Part shown: piece by piece, positions 25,785 to 35,819 of the stretch
Numbering within the stretch: position 1 is the stretch's first letter
Layout of the letters: every line of letters begins with the position of its first letter
Source of the DNA: Acidobacteriota bacterium
GTDB lineage: Bacteria; Acidobacteriota; CAIWXX01
Length of the DNA stretch: 64,000 nt
Direction of reading: 5' to 3'
Assembly (NCBI GenBank): GCA_040755995.1
Contig: JBFMAF010000008.1
Span: 64,001 to 128,000 of the forward strand
Made by a program: the position numbers and the translations under genes
The notes under the pieces: model-generated
Seen by the model: the letters and a program-made list of their open reading frames with translations, nothing else
What the model was told of the DNA's origin: nothing
The model's database searches: none

Positions 25785-27122
25785 ATGGAGAAGCGGCTCG
25801 ACGCACGCCATTTCCCGCTGGTGCTCGACTTCGTTGAGCAGGGCATATTCACAGTGGATGAAAAGGGATGCATAACCTCGTTCAACCGGGCGGCGAAGGC
25901 CATAACCGGCTATTCGGAGGAAGACGTGCTGGGTCGGGAATGCTCCTCGGTGTTCAGGACGGAGCTATGCGACACGATCTGCCCGCTGCGGCGCAGCATC
26001 GCCTCCGGCGAGTACATCCGGAACCGCGAGGTGCGGATACACGCCAAGGACGGGCGGCGGATTCCGATCTCGATCAGCACGGCGCCTCTTCTTACCTCGT
26101 GGGGTACACTGCTGGGCGGGGTCGAGGTCTTCACCGATCTCTCGCACATCGCGGATCTGCAGCGGAAGCTCGATGGGCAGTACCAGTTCGAGGACATCGT
26201 CAGCCGCAATCCCGAGATGCACAAGATCTTCAAGATGCTCCCCCTCGTCGCTGAGAGCACCAGCACAATCCTCATCACGGGTGCCAGCGGCACCGGCAAG
26301 GAGCTCGTGGCGAAGGCGATCCACCATCATGGTCCCCGCAGCAAGCGCCCTTTTGTCGCTGTCAACTGCGCGGCGATACCGGAGACGCTTCTCGAATCAG
26401 AGCTCTTCGGCTACCGGCGCGGCGCGTTCACCGACGCAAAGCGCGACAGGGCGGGGAGAATCGCACAAGCCGAGGGCGGAACGCTGTTCGTCGACGAGGT
26501 GGGCGACCTGCCCAAACCCCTGCAGGTGAAGCTCCTCAGGTTCTTGCAGGACAAGACGTACGAACCACTCGGGTCCAACGTGGCCCAGCGCGCGAATGTG
26601 AGAGTGATCGCCGCGACGCATCGAGACTTGGAGGCGATGATGCGGGAAGGGCTTTTCCGAAAGGACCTGTACTTCCGTCTGAATATCCTGCAGATCGCGC
26701 TGCCGCCGCTCTCCAGGCGTCCGGAGGACATCCCGCTGCTCGCCCGCCATTTCGTCCAACGTTTCCGCCAGGCCACCGGCAAGGTCATCGAGGGGATCTC
26801 GCCGGAGGCGCTTGCCGCGCTGGTGCGTTACCCATTCCCAGGCAACGTGCGCGAACTGGAGAATCTCATCGAGCGCGCCTTCATCCTGTGCGAGAGGCCG
26901 GTGGTCGACCTGCGTGACCTGCCGCCGCATGTCGCGGCGGCGCTGAGCCGGGGCGCCGGGCCGGAGGCCGTAGATGAACACGGCGGGAGCCTGAATCGTG
27001 TAGAGATCGAGGCAATACAGCAGGCACTGAAAAGGCACGCAGGCAATCGCACACGCGCCGCGCGAGATCTCGGCATTCATCGCAGCACGCTCATCCGCAA
27101 GATCCATCGTTACCGGCTATGA
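25785..27122 (+). CDS. PAS-domain sigma54-dependent transcriptional activator (Fis family)
   Basis: PAS domain, GASGTGKE, ESELFG..GAFTDA, FVDEVGD, FPGNVREL and a C-terminal HTH. Confidence 0.93.
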   Translation: MEKRLDARHFPLVLDFVEQGIFTVDEKGCITSFNRAAKAITGYSEEDVLGRECSSVFRTELCDTICPLRRSIASGEYIRNREVRIHAKDGRRIPISISTAPLLTSWGTLLGGVEVFTDLSHIADLQRKLDGQYQFEDIVSRNPEMHKIFKMLPLVAESTSTILITGASGTGKELVAKAIHHHGPRSKRPFVAVNCAAIPETLLESELFGYRRGAFTDAKRDRAGRIAQAEGGTLFVDEVGDLPKPLQVKLLRFLQDKTYEPLGSNVAQRANVRVIAATHRDLEAMMREGLFRKDLYFRLNILQIALPPLSRRPEDIPLLARHFVQRFRQATGKVIEGISPEALAALVRYPFPGNVRELENLIERAFILCERPVVDLRDLPPHVAAALSRGAGPEAVDEHGGSLNRVEIEAIQQALKRHAGNRTRAARDLGIHRSTLIRKIHRYRL

Positions 27123-27125
27123 GGC

Positions 27126-27632
27126 ATGCTGCTGGAGGTGGTCAGGATGAACAGTCCCGCGAGTGCGACCGGAATCGTCGTCGACGTGCCCGGTCGAGGG
27201 CGGATCAGCATCGCCCGCGTCTTTCTCGACTTCACGGGCACACTCTCGGCTGACGGGCAACTGCTGACGGGAGTTGCCGAACGGCTCCGGCTGCTGGCGG
27301 CACAGGTGCCCATCACGGTTCTTACCGCCGACACGTTCGGCACGGCGAGGGAGGCCCTGATGGGACTCCCTGTCGAATTCCGGGAGATTCGAAACGGGGC
27401 TGAGAAGGAGCGCATAGTCCAGCAGTGCGCGCTGGCGGGATTCGCGGCCATCGGGAACGGCATGAACGATGTCGCCATGATCCGTGCCGCAGATCTCGGC
27501 ATAGCCGTGGTGGGGTCGGAAGGCGCGGCCAGCGAGCTTCTCCGAGTGGCTGGCGTGGTGGTCACGAACATCAACGATGCACTCGACCTGCTCCTCAAGC
27601 CGCTCCGCCTGAAGGCCACCCTGCGCGAGTAG
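27126..27632 (+). CDS. HAD-superfamily hydrolase (soluble P-type ATPase-like)
   Basis: LDFTGTL, LTADTFGT and IGNGMND motifs. Confidence 0.85.
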   Translation: MLLEVVRMNSPASATGIVVDVPGRGRISIARVFLDFTGTLSADGQLLTGVAERLRLLAAQVPITVLTADTFGTAREALMGLPVEFREIRNGAEKERIVQQCALAGFAAIGNGMNDVAMIRAADLGIAVVGSEGAASELLRVAGVVVTNINDALDLLLKPLRLKATLRE

Positions 27633-27749
27633 GGCCCGCCGGTCCATCCCGGCTCAGCGGCCTTGGCACTGCATTGTCTCGGATCAACACACGGGAAAGG
27701 AGGGCCGCTTGTGCCCGGCCGACTGCAGCGACTACGCGATACACCCCGT

Positions 27750-28199
27750 TCAGACCCGCTCCTTCAACGGATTCCACACCCTCGAGAACCCGAAGTCGTC
27801 GAAGTCCTTGACGTTTACCGTCGCGAGATGCGTGACCCCCTGGCGCCTGAGGCTGAGCGCCACACGCGCGTCGTAGATGCGCCGGCGAGCAAATCCGGGT
27901 CGTGCGGCGATCTCCCAGAGCTCATCATGCAAACCCGCACTATCGGGACCAAAACCGAGCAAGGCCCATCGAGGATGCCGGCGGTATTCCTGGATTACAC
28001 GCGCCGCGTCCTTGGGCGATAGGGGTCGCCGGACGACAATTGGATTGCGAAGCAGCGTGTAGAGCTCCATCAACACGAATTCGGACACGGCGACATCCTC
28101 GCGCTGTCCCAGTGCTGATATGAAGCTGAACGCAGCCCGGTGCCACGGACTGTCCGCGTTGTACGCATATAGCAGCAGATTGGAGTCTATCGAAGTCAT
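27750..28199 (-). CDS. vapC: PIN-domain toxin (VapC family)
   Basis: IDSNLLLYA, E, IYDARVA and TVNVKDF motifs. Confidence 0.88.
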   Translation of the reverse strand: MTSIDSNLLLYAYNADSPWHRAAFSFISALGQREDVAVSEFVLMELYTLLRNPIVVRRPLSPKDAARVIQEYRRHPRWALLGFGPDSAGLHDELWEIAARPGFARRRIYDARVALSLRRQGVTHLATVNVKDFDDFGFSRVWNPLKERV

Positions 28200-28462
28200 C
28201 GCTGCGTGTGCGAGGCGACCCCCCGTTCCACGTCGTCCAATGCCGCCTCCCGGACGGCAGCATGGCTAAGCCCCCTCCACCCAAGACGGCGGGGTTCCGG
28301 CGGGGACCACGATTCTCCATCTGGAGAAGGCGACGGATAGGCCTGCAGTAGCATTTCTGCTCCTCGTCGCACAGCCTCCGCCAACGACCATTCCTTCGCC
28401 TCCGCCACTTTCCTCAGGCCGCGGTACAGCTCGTCGGGCAATTGTATCTGTGTCCTCACCAT
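28196..28462 (-). CDS. vapB: RHH antitoxin
   Basis: MVRTQIQLPDELY...SLAEAVRRG; ATGA overlap with the toxin gene. Confidence 0.82.
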   Translation of the reverse strand: MVRTQIQLPDELYRGLRKVAEAKEWSLAEAVRRGAEMLLQAYPSPSPDGESWSPPEPRRLGWRGLSHAAVREAALDDVERGVASHTQR

Positions 28463-28498
28463 GCTTACATTTTTACAGCTACATTAGATCAGTGTCAA
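28463..28498 (-). promoter_or_regulatory. sigma70 promoter, probably leaderless TA transcript
   Basis: Minus strand TTGACA-N17-TAAAAA-N7-ATG; no SD. Confidence 0.55.
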
Positions 28499-28801
28499 GC
28501 TGAGACTCGACGACTCTCCGCACCGATTCTGTGATGGCCCAGGCGCGATGCCGCCGAACGAGGGTGCGTCAAGCACGAGTGCGCGAAGGACCCCTTTCGT
28601 CTGTACTGCACGACATGAGTCGCGCTGTATAGCGTTCATCGTGCGCCGCTGGATGTGCGGGGAGAGACCGCCTACGCTTCGCGAGCAGCGAACGATCCAA
28701 TCGCCGGGTTGCGCCACAGAGCAGGGGCACCCGGAAGATGATAGAATGGCCTACGTAGTCAGCGGCTTCGATCAGTACTCAACGGGAGGGGGGATCGAAA
28801 G

Positions 28802-30409
28802 ATGTCGTCGAAACCGAGCCGAGGAGGTCTCTTCGGCTGGCTGCGGGGCGAAGCACGTCCCAACGATCCGACTGACGTCGTGCCGATATCTGAAAAGGCC
28901 CGAATAGCACCGGCGCGGCCGGAGTCGCTCCTGCAGGATCGGCTGCGCGACAGAGGCGAGATCGGCAAGGGCGGGATGAGCACAATACGCAAGGTGTTCG
29001 ACAAGAACCTCCTCCGCTACATAGCGATGAAAGTGTTGAACCTGAAGTATGCGGGAGACAGCGGCGAGGTACAGCGATTCATCGAGGAGGCGCAGATCAC
29101 CGGGCAGCTCGAGCACCCGAACATCCCTCCCGTGCACGAGATCGGCGAACACGAGGGCACGCACTACTTCACTATGAAGCTCATCCAGGGCGAGACCCTG
29201 GACAGCATACTCCGCTCCAAGACCTACTCCCCAGTGGACAGCACCGAGCTGTACCGCGTACTGGAGGTGTTCGATCACGTATGTCAAGCCATCTCCTTCG
29301 CCCACAGCCGCGGCATTCTCCACTGCGATCTCAAGCCGGCCAACATCATGGTTGGGAAATACGCTCAGGTCTACGTGATGGACTGGGGTGTCGCAAGGCT
29401 CAAGGACGAGTTCCGGCCTTCCGGCGCAGACCGCGAAACCCTGGCGCTCGCGACCGTTTCCAGCCGCGCCGAGGACGACAGCGGCAAGATCGTCGGCACG
29501 CTGGCCTATATGCCGCCGGAGCTTGCCCAGGGATGGCTCGAGGAGATCGACGAGCGCACCGACGTGTTCTCGCTCGGGGCTATCCTGTATCGTGCCCTTG
29601 CCGGGAAACCTCCATATCATGACAAGGACTTCGGCACCAACTTCGCGAACGCACTCGAAGCCAAGATCACGCCTCCGCAAGAGGTGCGCCCGGGCATCAA
29701 CCTCCCGGTGCGCCTCTGTGATATCGCCATGAAGGCCCTTGGCCGGGATCCCGCCGATCGGTATCAGTCGGTGGATGCTCTCAGAGAAGACGTCGAGATA
29801 TTCATGCGCGGCGGGCCGGGATTCCCACGGCGCACCTTCGCGGCCGGGACGCTGATCATCAAGGAGGGGGAGCCCGGAAGCACTGCCTACGTGATCGAAC
29901 GCGGCACCTGCCGCGTCTTCAAGATGATCGACGGGCAGAAGAACGTCATCAGGGAAATGGGACCGGGGGCGGTATTCGGGGAGGCCGCGGTGCTCAGCTC
30001 GCAGCCACGCACAGCATATGTCGAGGCCGTGGACGATGTCACCGCGCTCGAGGTGACGCGCGAGGCGATCGAGCGCGAAATCGGCCAGACCCAGTGGGTC
30101 GGCTCGCTCGTCAAAGCCCTGGCCGAACGCTTCCACGACCTCGACGCAACACTCGCCAGAGCCAGGCAACGACTACTGGCCGCCGAGACGGTGCTGCGCT
30201 ACATCTGCTCAACCGCAGAAACGGGACGCGCTGGGGAGCGCGTGGCCAGATGGTCGGAGCTGCGCGAGACTCTGTGTTCGAGACTCGGCGAGGCCGAGGA
30301 TGAGGTAATAGAGTTCGTACAAGCGATCGACGGCATCACGGTCGACCCGGAGACTGACAGCATCGTCGTAACAACGCACCGCTCATCACCGAGGGAGGGA
30401 GAGAAATGA
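28802..30409 (+). CDS. Ser/Thr protein kinase with cyclic-nucleotide-binding domain
   Basis: GKGGMS, AMK, HCDLKPAN, DWG, GTLAYMPPE, then IIKEGEPG..FGEAAV..PRTA (cNMP-binding domain). Confidence 0.92.
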   Translation: MSSKPSRGGLFGWLRGEARPNDPTDVVPISEKARIAPARPESLLQDRLRDRGEIGKGGMSTIRKVFDKNLLRYIAMKVLNLKYAGDSGEVQRFIEEAQITGQLEHPNIPPVHEIGEHEGTHYFTMKLIQGETLDSILRSKTYSPVDSTELYRVLEVFDHVCQAISFAHSRGILHCDLKPANIMVGKYAQVYVMDWGVARLKDEFRPSGADRETLALATVSSRAEDDSGKIVGTLAYMPPELAQGWLEEIDERTDVFSLGAILYRALAGKPPYHDKDFGTNFANALEAKITPPQEVRPGINLPVRLCDIAMKALGRDPADRYQSVDALREDVEIFMRGGPGFPRRTFAAGTLIIKEGEPGSTAYVIERGTCRVFKMIDGQKNVIREMGPGAVFGEAAVLSSQPRTAYVEAVDDVTALEVTREAIEREIGQTQWVGSLVKALAERFHDLDATLARARQRLLAAETVLRYICSTAETGRAGERVARWSELRETLCSRLGEAEDEVIEFVQAIDGITVDPETDSIVVTTHRSSPREGEK

Positions 30410-33180
30410 AGAGGGCCGCCTGTTTGTTGATTCTGCTCGCAATTCCCGCCACCCGCGCACCCGATGCGGCCGATAGACTCGGCTGGTCGTGGGAAGACCG
30501 GCGCGGCCTGGAGGATTGGTACTGGAACCAGCGCGCGTTGCCCGCGCCGAAGGTCCCGGTGGAGGTGTTTCGTGCGGCGGTCGTCGCCGAGAGCACGCGT
30601 GCCGTGCCCGCCTACGCGCAACGAGTCGACTGGCAGGACCTGGGGCCCGATCCGATCCTCCGCGCGACAATGTACGGAGACGGGACGCTGACTGCAAGCG
30701 GCAGGACACTGGCTGTCGCCATCGATCCAGCCGATCCCGACATCCTGCTGCTCGGCACGGCCCAGGGCGGTATCTGGCGATCGATCGACGCCGGCAGGCA
30801 CTGGGTTGCGGTCGCTGAGAACATGCCGTCGCTGGCGATCAAGGTGATCCGCTTCTCGCAGAGCAATCCTGACATTGTCTACGCGGGCACTGGTGAGCCT
30901 CACTCCAAGACGAGCATCTTCGGCATGGGGGTCTTCAAGTCGGCCGACGGCGGCCAGACCTGGCGCACTCTGCCCGATCACGGCAAGGGATGGGACTTCC
31001 GATACGTAGCGATCAGCGGTCTGCGCGTGCACCCGGCCAATCCCTCAGTCCTGTGGGTCACTACCGCCAACGTGCTTCCTGATCGTGTCCATGTCAACGT
31101 GCCTCCGCCCGATCGTCCGCAGACCGGCATCTACAAGTCAACAGACGCGGGCCGCAGCTGGCGGCTTGTGCAGCCGGCCAATGACTACCGCCGCTACATG
31201 TACCCGGTCTACGATCCGTATCTCGCGCACGGCGTCGGCTTCATGGACCTGGAACTCTTCAACGCGAATCCCAACGTGCTGTTCGCCAGCGAATACTCAG
31301 GGGGTATCTACAGGTCGACCGATGGAGGAGAGCGGTGGCAGCGCGTGACGCCGGTGAAGAACCCGGACGGCGGTGCGGCCATGGGTGCCGATTTCCCTGA
31401 CCGGATCGGCGAGTACAGCGACTTCGACTGTGTCAAGGCGCGATTCGAGAGGTACCCCGTGCTGCCGCGCGGGAGGTCGATCCCCGAATTCAACCGGATT
31501 GAGATCGGTCTGGCACAGCGCGGAACGGGAATCACCACCGACTATCGAACCACGGTTCTCTACGCCGGCCTCGGGGCCGTGCTGCAGCTCGACAAGAATG
31601 GGAACGGCAAGTTCGATCCCGGCACGGACGTGGAAGCGCCGCAGGGGATCATGTTCAAGACGACCGACGGCGGGCAAAGCTGGACCTGGCTCGGGGACTG
31701 GCTTGACGGTGTGCCGGCCTACTGCGACACCTGCAACGATCCCTCCATGATGAACTGCCTGTATGACAACACCGTCGAGGTGAACCCGGAGGATGCAGGC
31801 GACGTGGTCATCGGCGGGAATGCAAACTACAGTTCCCTCTGGCCTGACCCGGTCAATGCTCCTGTGCGGATGCTGCAGATCCCCTGGAGCGGGATGGTCT
31901 ACCGCTCGCGCGACGGCGGGAGCACCTGGGTCGACACTACCCCGGCATGCGCTCGCTACGAGCCGGCAACGGATCAGCCCGCTTCTCACGGCCTGCCGGT
32001 GTACAAGTGCGCGGACATCCCGGCCGACAAGGTCGTCCATCCGGATATTCACTGTGTCGCATTCTCTCCCGGCAGCCACCTCATCTACTGCACCAACGAC
32101 GGCGGCGTGTACAGTTGCCGCTTCCGCGGCGACGGCTCGAACAGCCTGACCGACTACAGCTGGCGGCCGCTGAACAACAATCTCTCGACAAATCAGCCAT
32201 TCCACGTCGGAGGCCATCCTACAGACCCGAACAAAATCATATGCGCGATGCAGGACAACGCCGCGGCCTATTGGAACGGGAAGCTTTGGGACGCATGGGA
32301 CTCCTCCGGAGGCGACGGCACGATCGCCACGTACGATCAGAAAGACCCGAACTACGTCTACATAGGTTGGCAGTTCGCTCTGGCCCGGCACGATCACGGA
32401 GGCAGCAAGTCCGCCGAAGGTTGGAAGACGCTGTTCGACGGCAAGATCCATGACGATACTTCCTTCCCGTTCGTCACCGTTTTCGAGATCGACCCTGTGG
32501 ACACGAGCACCGTATACACGGCGAGCACCAGTGCGGTCTATCGCTCGACCGATCGAGGCGACCACTGGTCCGCCCGGTTGAACGCTGGCCCCATCGACTA
32601 CCACCCCACTGGCATCTCCGTGTCGCCACGGAACAGGAACCACGTGTGGATCAGCACCGGCACGGGTAATGTGTATTTGTATGATGTGCAGGCTGCCAGG
32701 CTCACCAAGAGGACTGGCGCGAATTTGCCGAACAGATGGATCTCCAAGATCGAGGCGTCGCCGAATGCCGAGGGTACGGTTTACATCACGTTCAGCGGCT
32801 ACGACGCGAATTCCGCCGACGTCTACCATGGAGGCAACGGCAACGTCGGCAAGGTGTTCAAGACGACCGATCTCGGCAAGCACTGGACCAATATCAGCGG
32901 CAACCTCACGGGCGCCGACAACCTCGATGTGCCCATCTCCGCTCTGGCCATCGACCCTCGCCACGAAAACCGCATGTGGATCGGCACGGACGTCGGCATC
33001 TACCAGACCACCGACTCAGGCGCTACCTGGACGCCCTACCGCGGCAACATGCCCATGGTCGTGACGATGGCGCTCGAGTACAACGATGTGACTGGATACC
33101 TCCTGGCAGCCACGTTCGGGCGCGGCGTCTGGCGCACCGCGCCCGCGCAGACTTCGCCGCCGGGCGGTCCGCCGGAGTAG
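30406..33180 (+). CDS. Secreted BNR/Asp-box beta-propeller protein (VPS10/sialidase-like)
   Basis: Signal peptide; many (S/T)xDGGxxW repeats; HPDIH, GGDG and ATFGRGVW motifs. Confidence 0.85.
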   Translation: MKRAACLLILLAIPATRAPDAADRLGWSWEDRRGLEDWYWNQRALPAPKVPVEVFRAAVVAESTRAVPAYAQRVDWQDLGPDPILRATMYGDGTLTASGRTLAVAIDPADPDILLLGTAQGGIWRSIDAGRHWVAVAENMPSLAIKVIRFSQSNPDIVYAGTGEPHSKTSIFGMGVFKSADGGQTWRTLPDHGKGWDFRYVAISGLRVHPANPSVLWVTTANVLPDRVHVNVPPPDRPQTGIYKSTDAGRSWRLVQPANDYRRYMYPVYDPYLAHGVGFMDLELFNANPNVLFASEYSGGIYRSTDGGERWQRVTPVKNPDGGAAMGADFPDRIGEYSDFDCVKARFERYPVLPRGRSIPEFNRIEIGLAQRGTGITTDYRTTVLYAGLGAVLQLDKNGNGKFDPGTDVEAPQGIMFKTTDGGQSWTWLGDWLDGVPAYCDTCNDPSMMNCLYDNTVEVNPEDAGDVVIGGNANYSSLWPDPVNAPVRMLQIPWSGMVYRSRDGGSTWVDTTPACARYEPATDQPASHGLPVYKCADIPADKVVHPDIHCVAFSPGSHLIYCTNDGGVYSCRFRGDGSNSLTDYSWRPLNNNLSTNQPFHVGGHPTDPNKIICAMQDNAAAYWNGKLWDAWDSSGGDGTIATYDQKDPNYVYIGWQFALARHDHGGSKSAEGWKTLFDGKIHDDTSFPFVTVFEIDPVDTSTVYTASTSAVYRSTDRGDHWSARLNAGPIDYHPTGISVSPRNRNHVWISTGTGNVYLYDVQAARLTKRTGANLPNRWISKIEASPNAEGTVYITFSGYDANSADVYHGGNGNVGKVFKTTDLGKHWTNISGNLTGADNLDVPISALAIDPRHENRMWIGTDVGIYQTTDSGATWTPYRGNMPMVVTMALEYNDVTGYLLAATFGRGVWRTAPAQTSPPGGPPE

Positions 33181-33204
33181 GGGCGTTCTGCGTCTGGCGT
33201 ACCA

Positions 33205-33426
33205 ATGAAGATGAAGTATGACCCACTCTCCGATACGCTCTACATCGATACCTGCCCGCCCTACGAGGGCCAGGAATCCGACGAGATCGCCAGGGGTGTG
33301 GTGATCAGGACCAACCCATCAAGCGGGGAGATAGAGAACATCGAGGTCATGTTCTTCCGACGGCGGTTCGCGAAGGGCGAACCCTTCGAGTTGCCCATCG
33401 ACATGCGTTGCCTGCGCACTGCCTGA
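33205..33426 (+). CDS. DUF2283-like small protein
   Basis: MKYDPLSDTLYI...SDEIARGV..GEIENIEV pattern. Confidence 0.7.
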   Translation: MKMKYDPLSDTLYIDTCPPYEGQESDEIARGVVIRTNPSSGEIENIEVMFFRRRFAKGEPFELPIDMRCLRTA

Positions 33427-33758
33427 TCTCTGTCTGGGCTTCAGGTAGTCGGACAGCGGCGGACTCAGAAGTGCCGTCTGGACCGGCGATCTGGCGGCCA
33501 TGCTGGCGGTGCTGCAGGGCGGCCTTGCGAGTCAGGGCCACGCGAGCTTTCGCGCACGGCTGCAGACGCCCAAAGCTCAAAGCGCGTCCTGAGAGCGCTC
33601 ACGGCCGCTCTGATTCCAGGGCCAGGCCAGGTGCCAGAGCGGGGGCGTTTGTCAGCCGACGAGAAGACGCCCTGATCCGATGACGCGGAGGACCCGACAG
33701 GGCCTTTTCGACGCGTCTCCTCGTCTCCGCGTCACCGCGTCTGTACCTCGGTCACGGA

Positions 33759-34205
33759 TCAAGAGGTCCCAGCCCGTTCGGATCCCCCAAGCATCCGTCG
33801 GTAGAGCCGCTCCACCCTGCGACTATCGATCCTTCCCGTGCGGCCTCGATGCGGCAGCAACGAGCCCGAGAAGTTCTTGGGTATGTGGAGAAGCTCGTGG
33901 ATGAGCACCTTCGTTCTCTCCTCGGGCGATAGCTTATCGAAGCGCTCGGAGAGAACCTCGATGACGTAGTAAGCAGGAACTCGCAGTGCCTGCTGCCAGA
34001 CGCGCGACAGCCCCCAGATGCGCGCCTGAGCCCGCGAGACCGACCCGCGGCTGCGGAAACAAACGATGCGACTGCAGTCTACGTTGACGAACCCGAGCCT
34101 CCGGACGATCTCGTCGATCTGTTCGCTGATGTCGGGCGCGGCCATCCAATCCACTGGCACCTCGGGGTGATCATACGCATCAAGACCGCGGACGGCAACG
34201 CCCAA
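33759..34205 (-). CDS. Putative zinc metallopeptidase (start uncertain)
   Basis: ARIWGL..YVIEVLSERFDKL..VLIHELLHIP (HExxH). Confidence 0.8.
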   Translation of the reverse strand: MGVAVRGLDAYDHPEVPVDWMAAPDISEQIDEIVRRLGFVNVDCSRIVCFRSRGSVSRAQARIWGLSRVWQQALRVPAYYVIEVLSERFDKLSPEERTKVLIHELLHIPKNFSGSLLPHRGRTGRIDSRRVERLYRRMLGGSERAGTS

Positions 34206-34338
34206 TAGGGGTCAGGGGGTCAGCGCTGGGCGCCCACGGTACCGGAACCTGCTGCCGCGTCGCCGCGTCGCCGTGCCATGGGGCTTTTGCCGTTGCGCCA
34301 ACTCCTGTAGAATGGGCCTCTGGGCAACCTGGTAGAGA

Positions 34339-34791
34339 ATGAGTTCCTACGAACCTGTGATCGTCGGTTTCCTGTGCAACTGGTGCGCTTATAGGGCCGC
34401 CGACCTTGTGGGCATGGCCCGCTCGCCGTATGCACCCGGCATCCGGGCGATCCGCGTCATGTGCAGCAGCCGTGTGGATCCTGCGTTCGTCTTGAAGGCG
34501 CTGCGTGAGGGAGCCGATGGAGTTCTCATCGTCGGGTGCCACCCGGGCGAGTGTCACTATGTCGATGGCAACATCAAGGCCATGCGCCGCTTTGCCTTGC
34601 TGCGGCGAGTTCTCTCGCAGTTCGGCGTCGAGGGGGAGCGCGTGCAGCTGGCCTGGGCCGCTGCATCGGAGGGCAACGCATTCGCCGAGGCCGTCAACCG
34701 TATGACCGAGCAGCTGCGGCCGCTTGGCCCCCTGCGATGGGCCGAGTCCGTGTTGCGCGAGATCAGGGCGCCGGCAGGGCTGGACGAATGA
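34339..34791 (+). CDS. mvhD: Methyl-viologen-reducing hydrogenase delta subunit [2Fe-2S]
   Basis: FLCNWCAYRAAD, RVMCSSRVDP and GCHPGECHY motifs. Confidence 0.93.
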   Translation: MSSYEPVIVGFLCNWCAYRAADLVGMARSPYAPGIRAIRVMCSSRVDPAFVLKALREGADGVLIVGCHPGECHYVDGNIKAMRRFALLRRVLSQFGVEGERVQLAWAAASEGNAFAEAVNRMTEQLRPLGPLRWAESVLREIRAPAGLDE

Positions 34792-35819
34792 AACTCAAAC
34801 CCAAGCTCGCGATGTACTGGGCTGCGTCCTGCGGCGGATGCGAGGTTTCCCTGCTCAACGTCGGCGAGAAGATTCTCATGGTCGACCGCGTGTTCGACAT
34901 CGTTTTCTTTCCGTGCATCGCCGACTTCAAGTACAAGGATGTCGAGGCCTTGTCGGACGATCATATCGACCTTTGTCTATTCAACGGCGCCATCCGCTCT
35001 TCGGAGAACCAGGAGCTTGCCGAGCTGCTCAGGCGCAAGTCGCGGTTGCTGGTAGCCTACGGATCATGCGCGCACGAGGGCTGCATTCCTGCGCTGTCCA
35101 ACCTCACTACCGCTGCGGATACGCTGGAGGCCGTCTTCGTGAGCAACTTCTCAACTGCCAACCCGGGGGGAGTTGTGCCGCGCACGACAACAAGAGTCCC
35201 GGAAGGGGACCTCGCTCTTCCGCTTCTCTACGACACGGTCAGGGCTCTGGACCAGATCGTGCGGGTCGACTACTACATCCCCGGCTGCCCTCCGGAACCG
35301 CCTCGGATCTGGGAAGCGCTCGAAGTTTTCGTCGATGCGTTTGTCGGTGGAGCCGAGTTGCCAGCGGTCGGTTCGGTGCTCGGCGCCACGGATCTCGCGC
35401 TCTGCGAAGAGTGCCCGCTCGAGAGGAACGAGAAGCGGGTCCCGCGGTTCTTCCGCCCGCATGAGATAGTGCCCGACCCGAAGGTGTGCCTCTTGGAGCA
35501 GGGGATCGTGTGTTCCGGACCTGCCACGCGTGGGGGCTGTGGGGCGCTCTGCCCGCGCGCCGGCATGGGATGCCGCGGCTGCTATGGTCTCCTCCAGGGC
35601 GTCGTGGACCAGGGCGCCGGAATGGTCGCCGCCGTCGCAGCGGTTCTGGGTGTGGGCTCACCGCAGGAGGAAGAGAGCGCAATAGAGCAGACCATAGAGC
35701 GAGCGACGAGCTCTATCGTGGATCCGGCCGGCACATTCTATCGCCACAGCCTTGCGCATTCGTTGTTGCGCCGGCGACGCCCCTCGATCACACCGAACGA
35801 GGCGGACGAAGGATCATGA
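34788..35819 (+). CDS. mvhG: [NiFe]-hydrogenase group 3c small subunit
   Basis: YWAASCGGCE, GSC, PGCPP, CLLEQG, GPATRGGCGALCP and CRGCYG; true start ATG 34788 overlaps the mvhD stop. Confidence 0.9.
   Translation: MKLKPKLAMYWAASCGGCEVSLLNVGEKILMVDRVFDIVFFPCIADFKYKDVEALSDDHIDLCLFNGAIRSSENQELAELLRRKSRLLVAYGSCAHEGCIPALSNLTTAADTLEAVFVSNFSTANPGGVVPRTTTRVPEGDLALPLLYDTVRALDQIVRVDYYIPGCPPEPPRIWEALEVFVDAFVGGAELPAVGSVLGATDLALCEECPLERNEKRVPRFFRPHEIVPDPKVCLLEQGIVCSGPATRGGCGALCPRAGMGCRGCYGLLQGVVDQGAGMVAAVAAVLGVGSPQEEESAIEQTIERATSSIVDPAGTFYRHSLAHSLLRRRRPSITPNEADEGS

Noticed and set aside
26410..26440. GAFTDA instead of GAFTGA in the sigma54 activator
   Set aside because: A variant commonly seen in PAS-type activators of anaerobic bacteria; not unusual enough to report.
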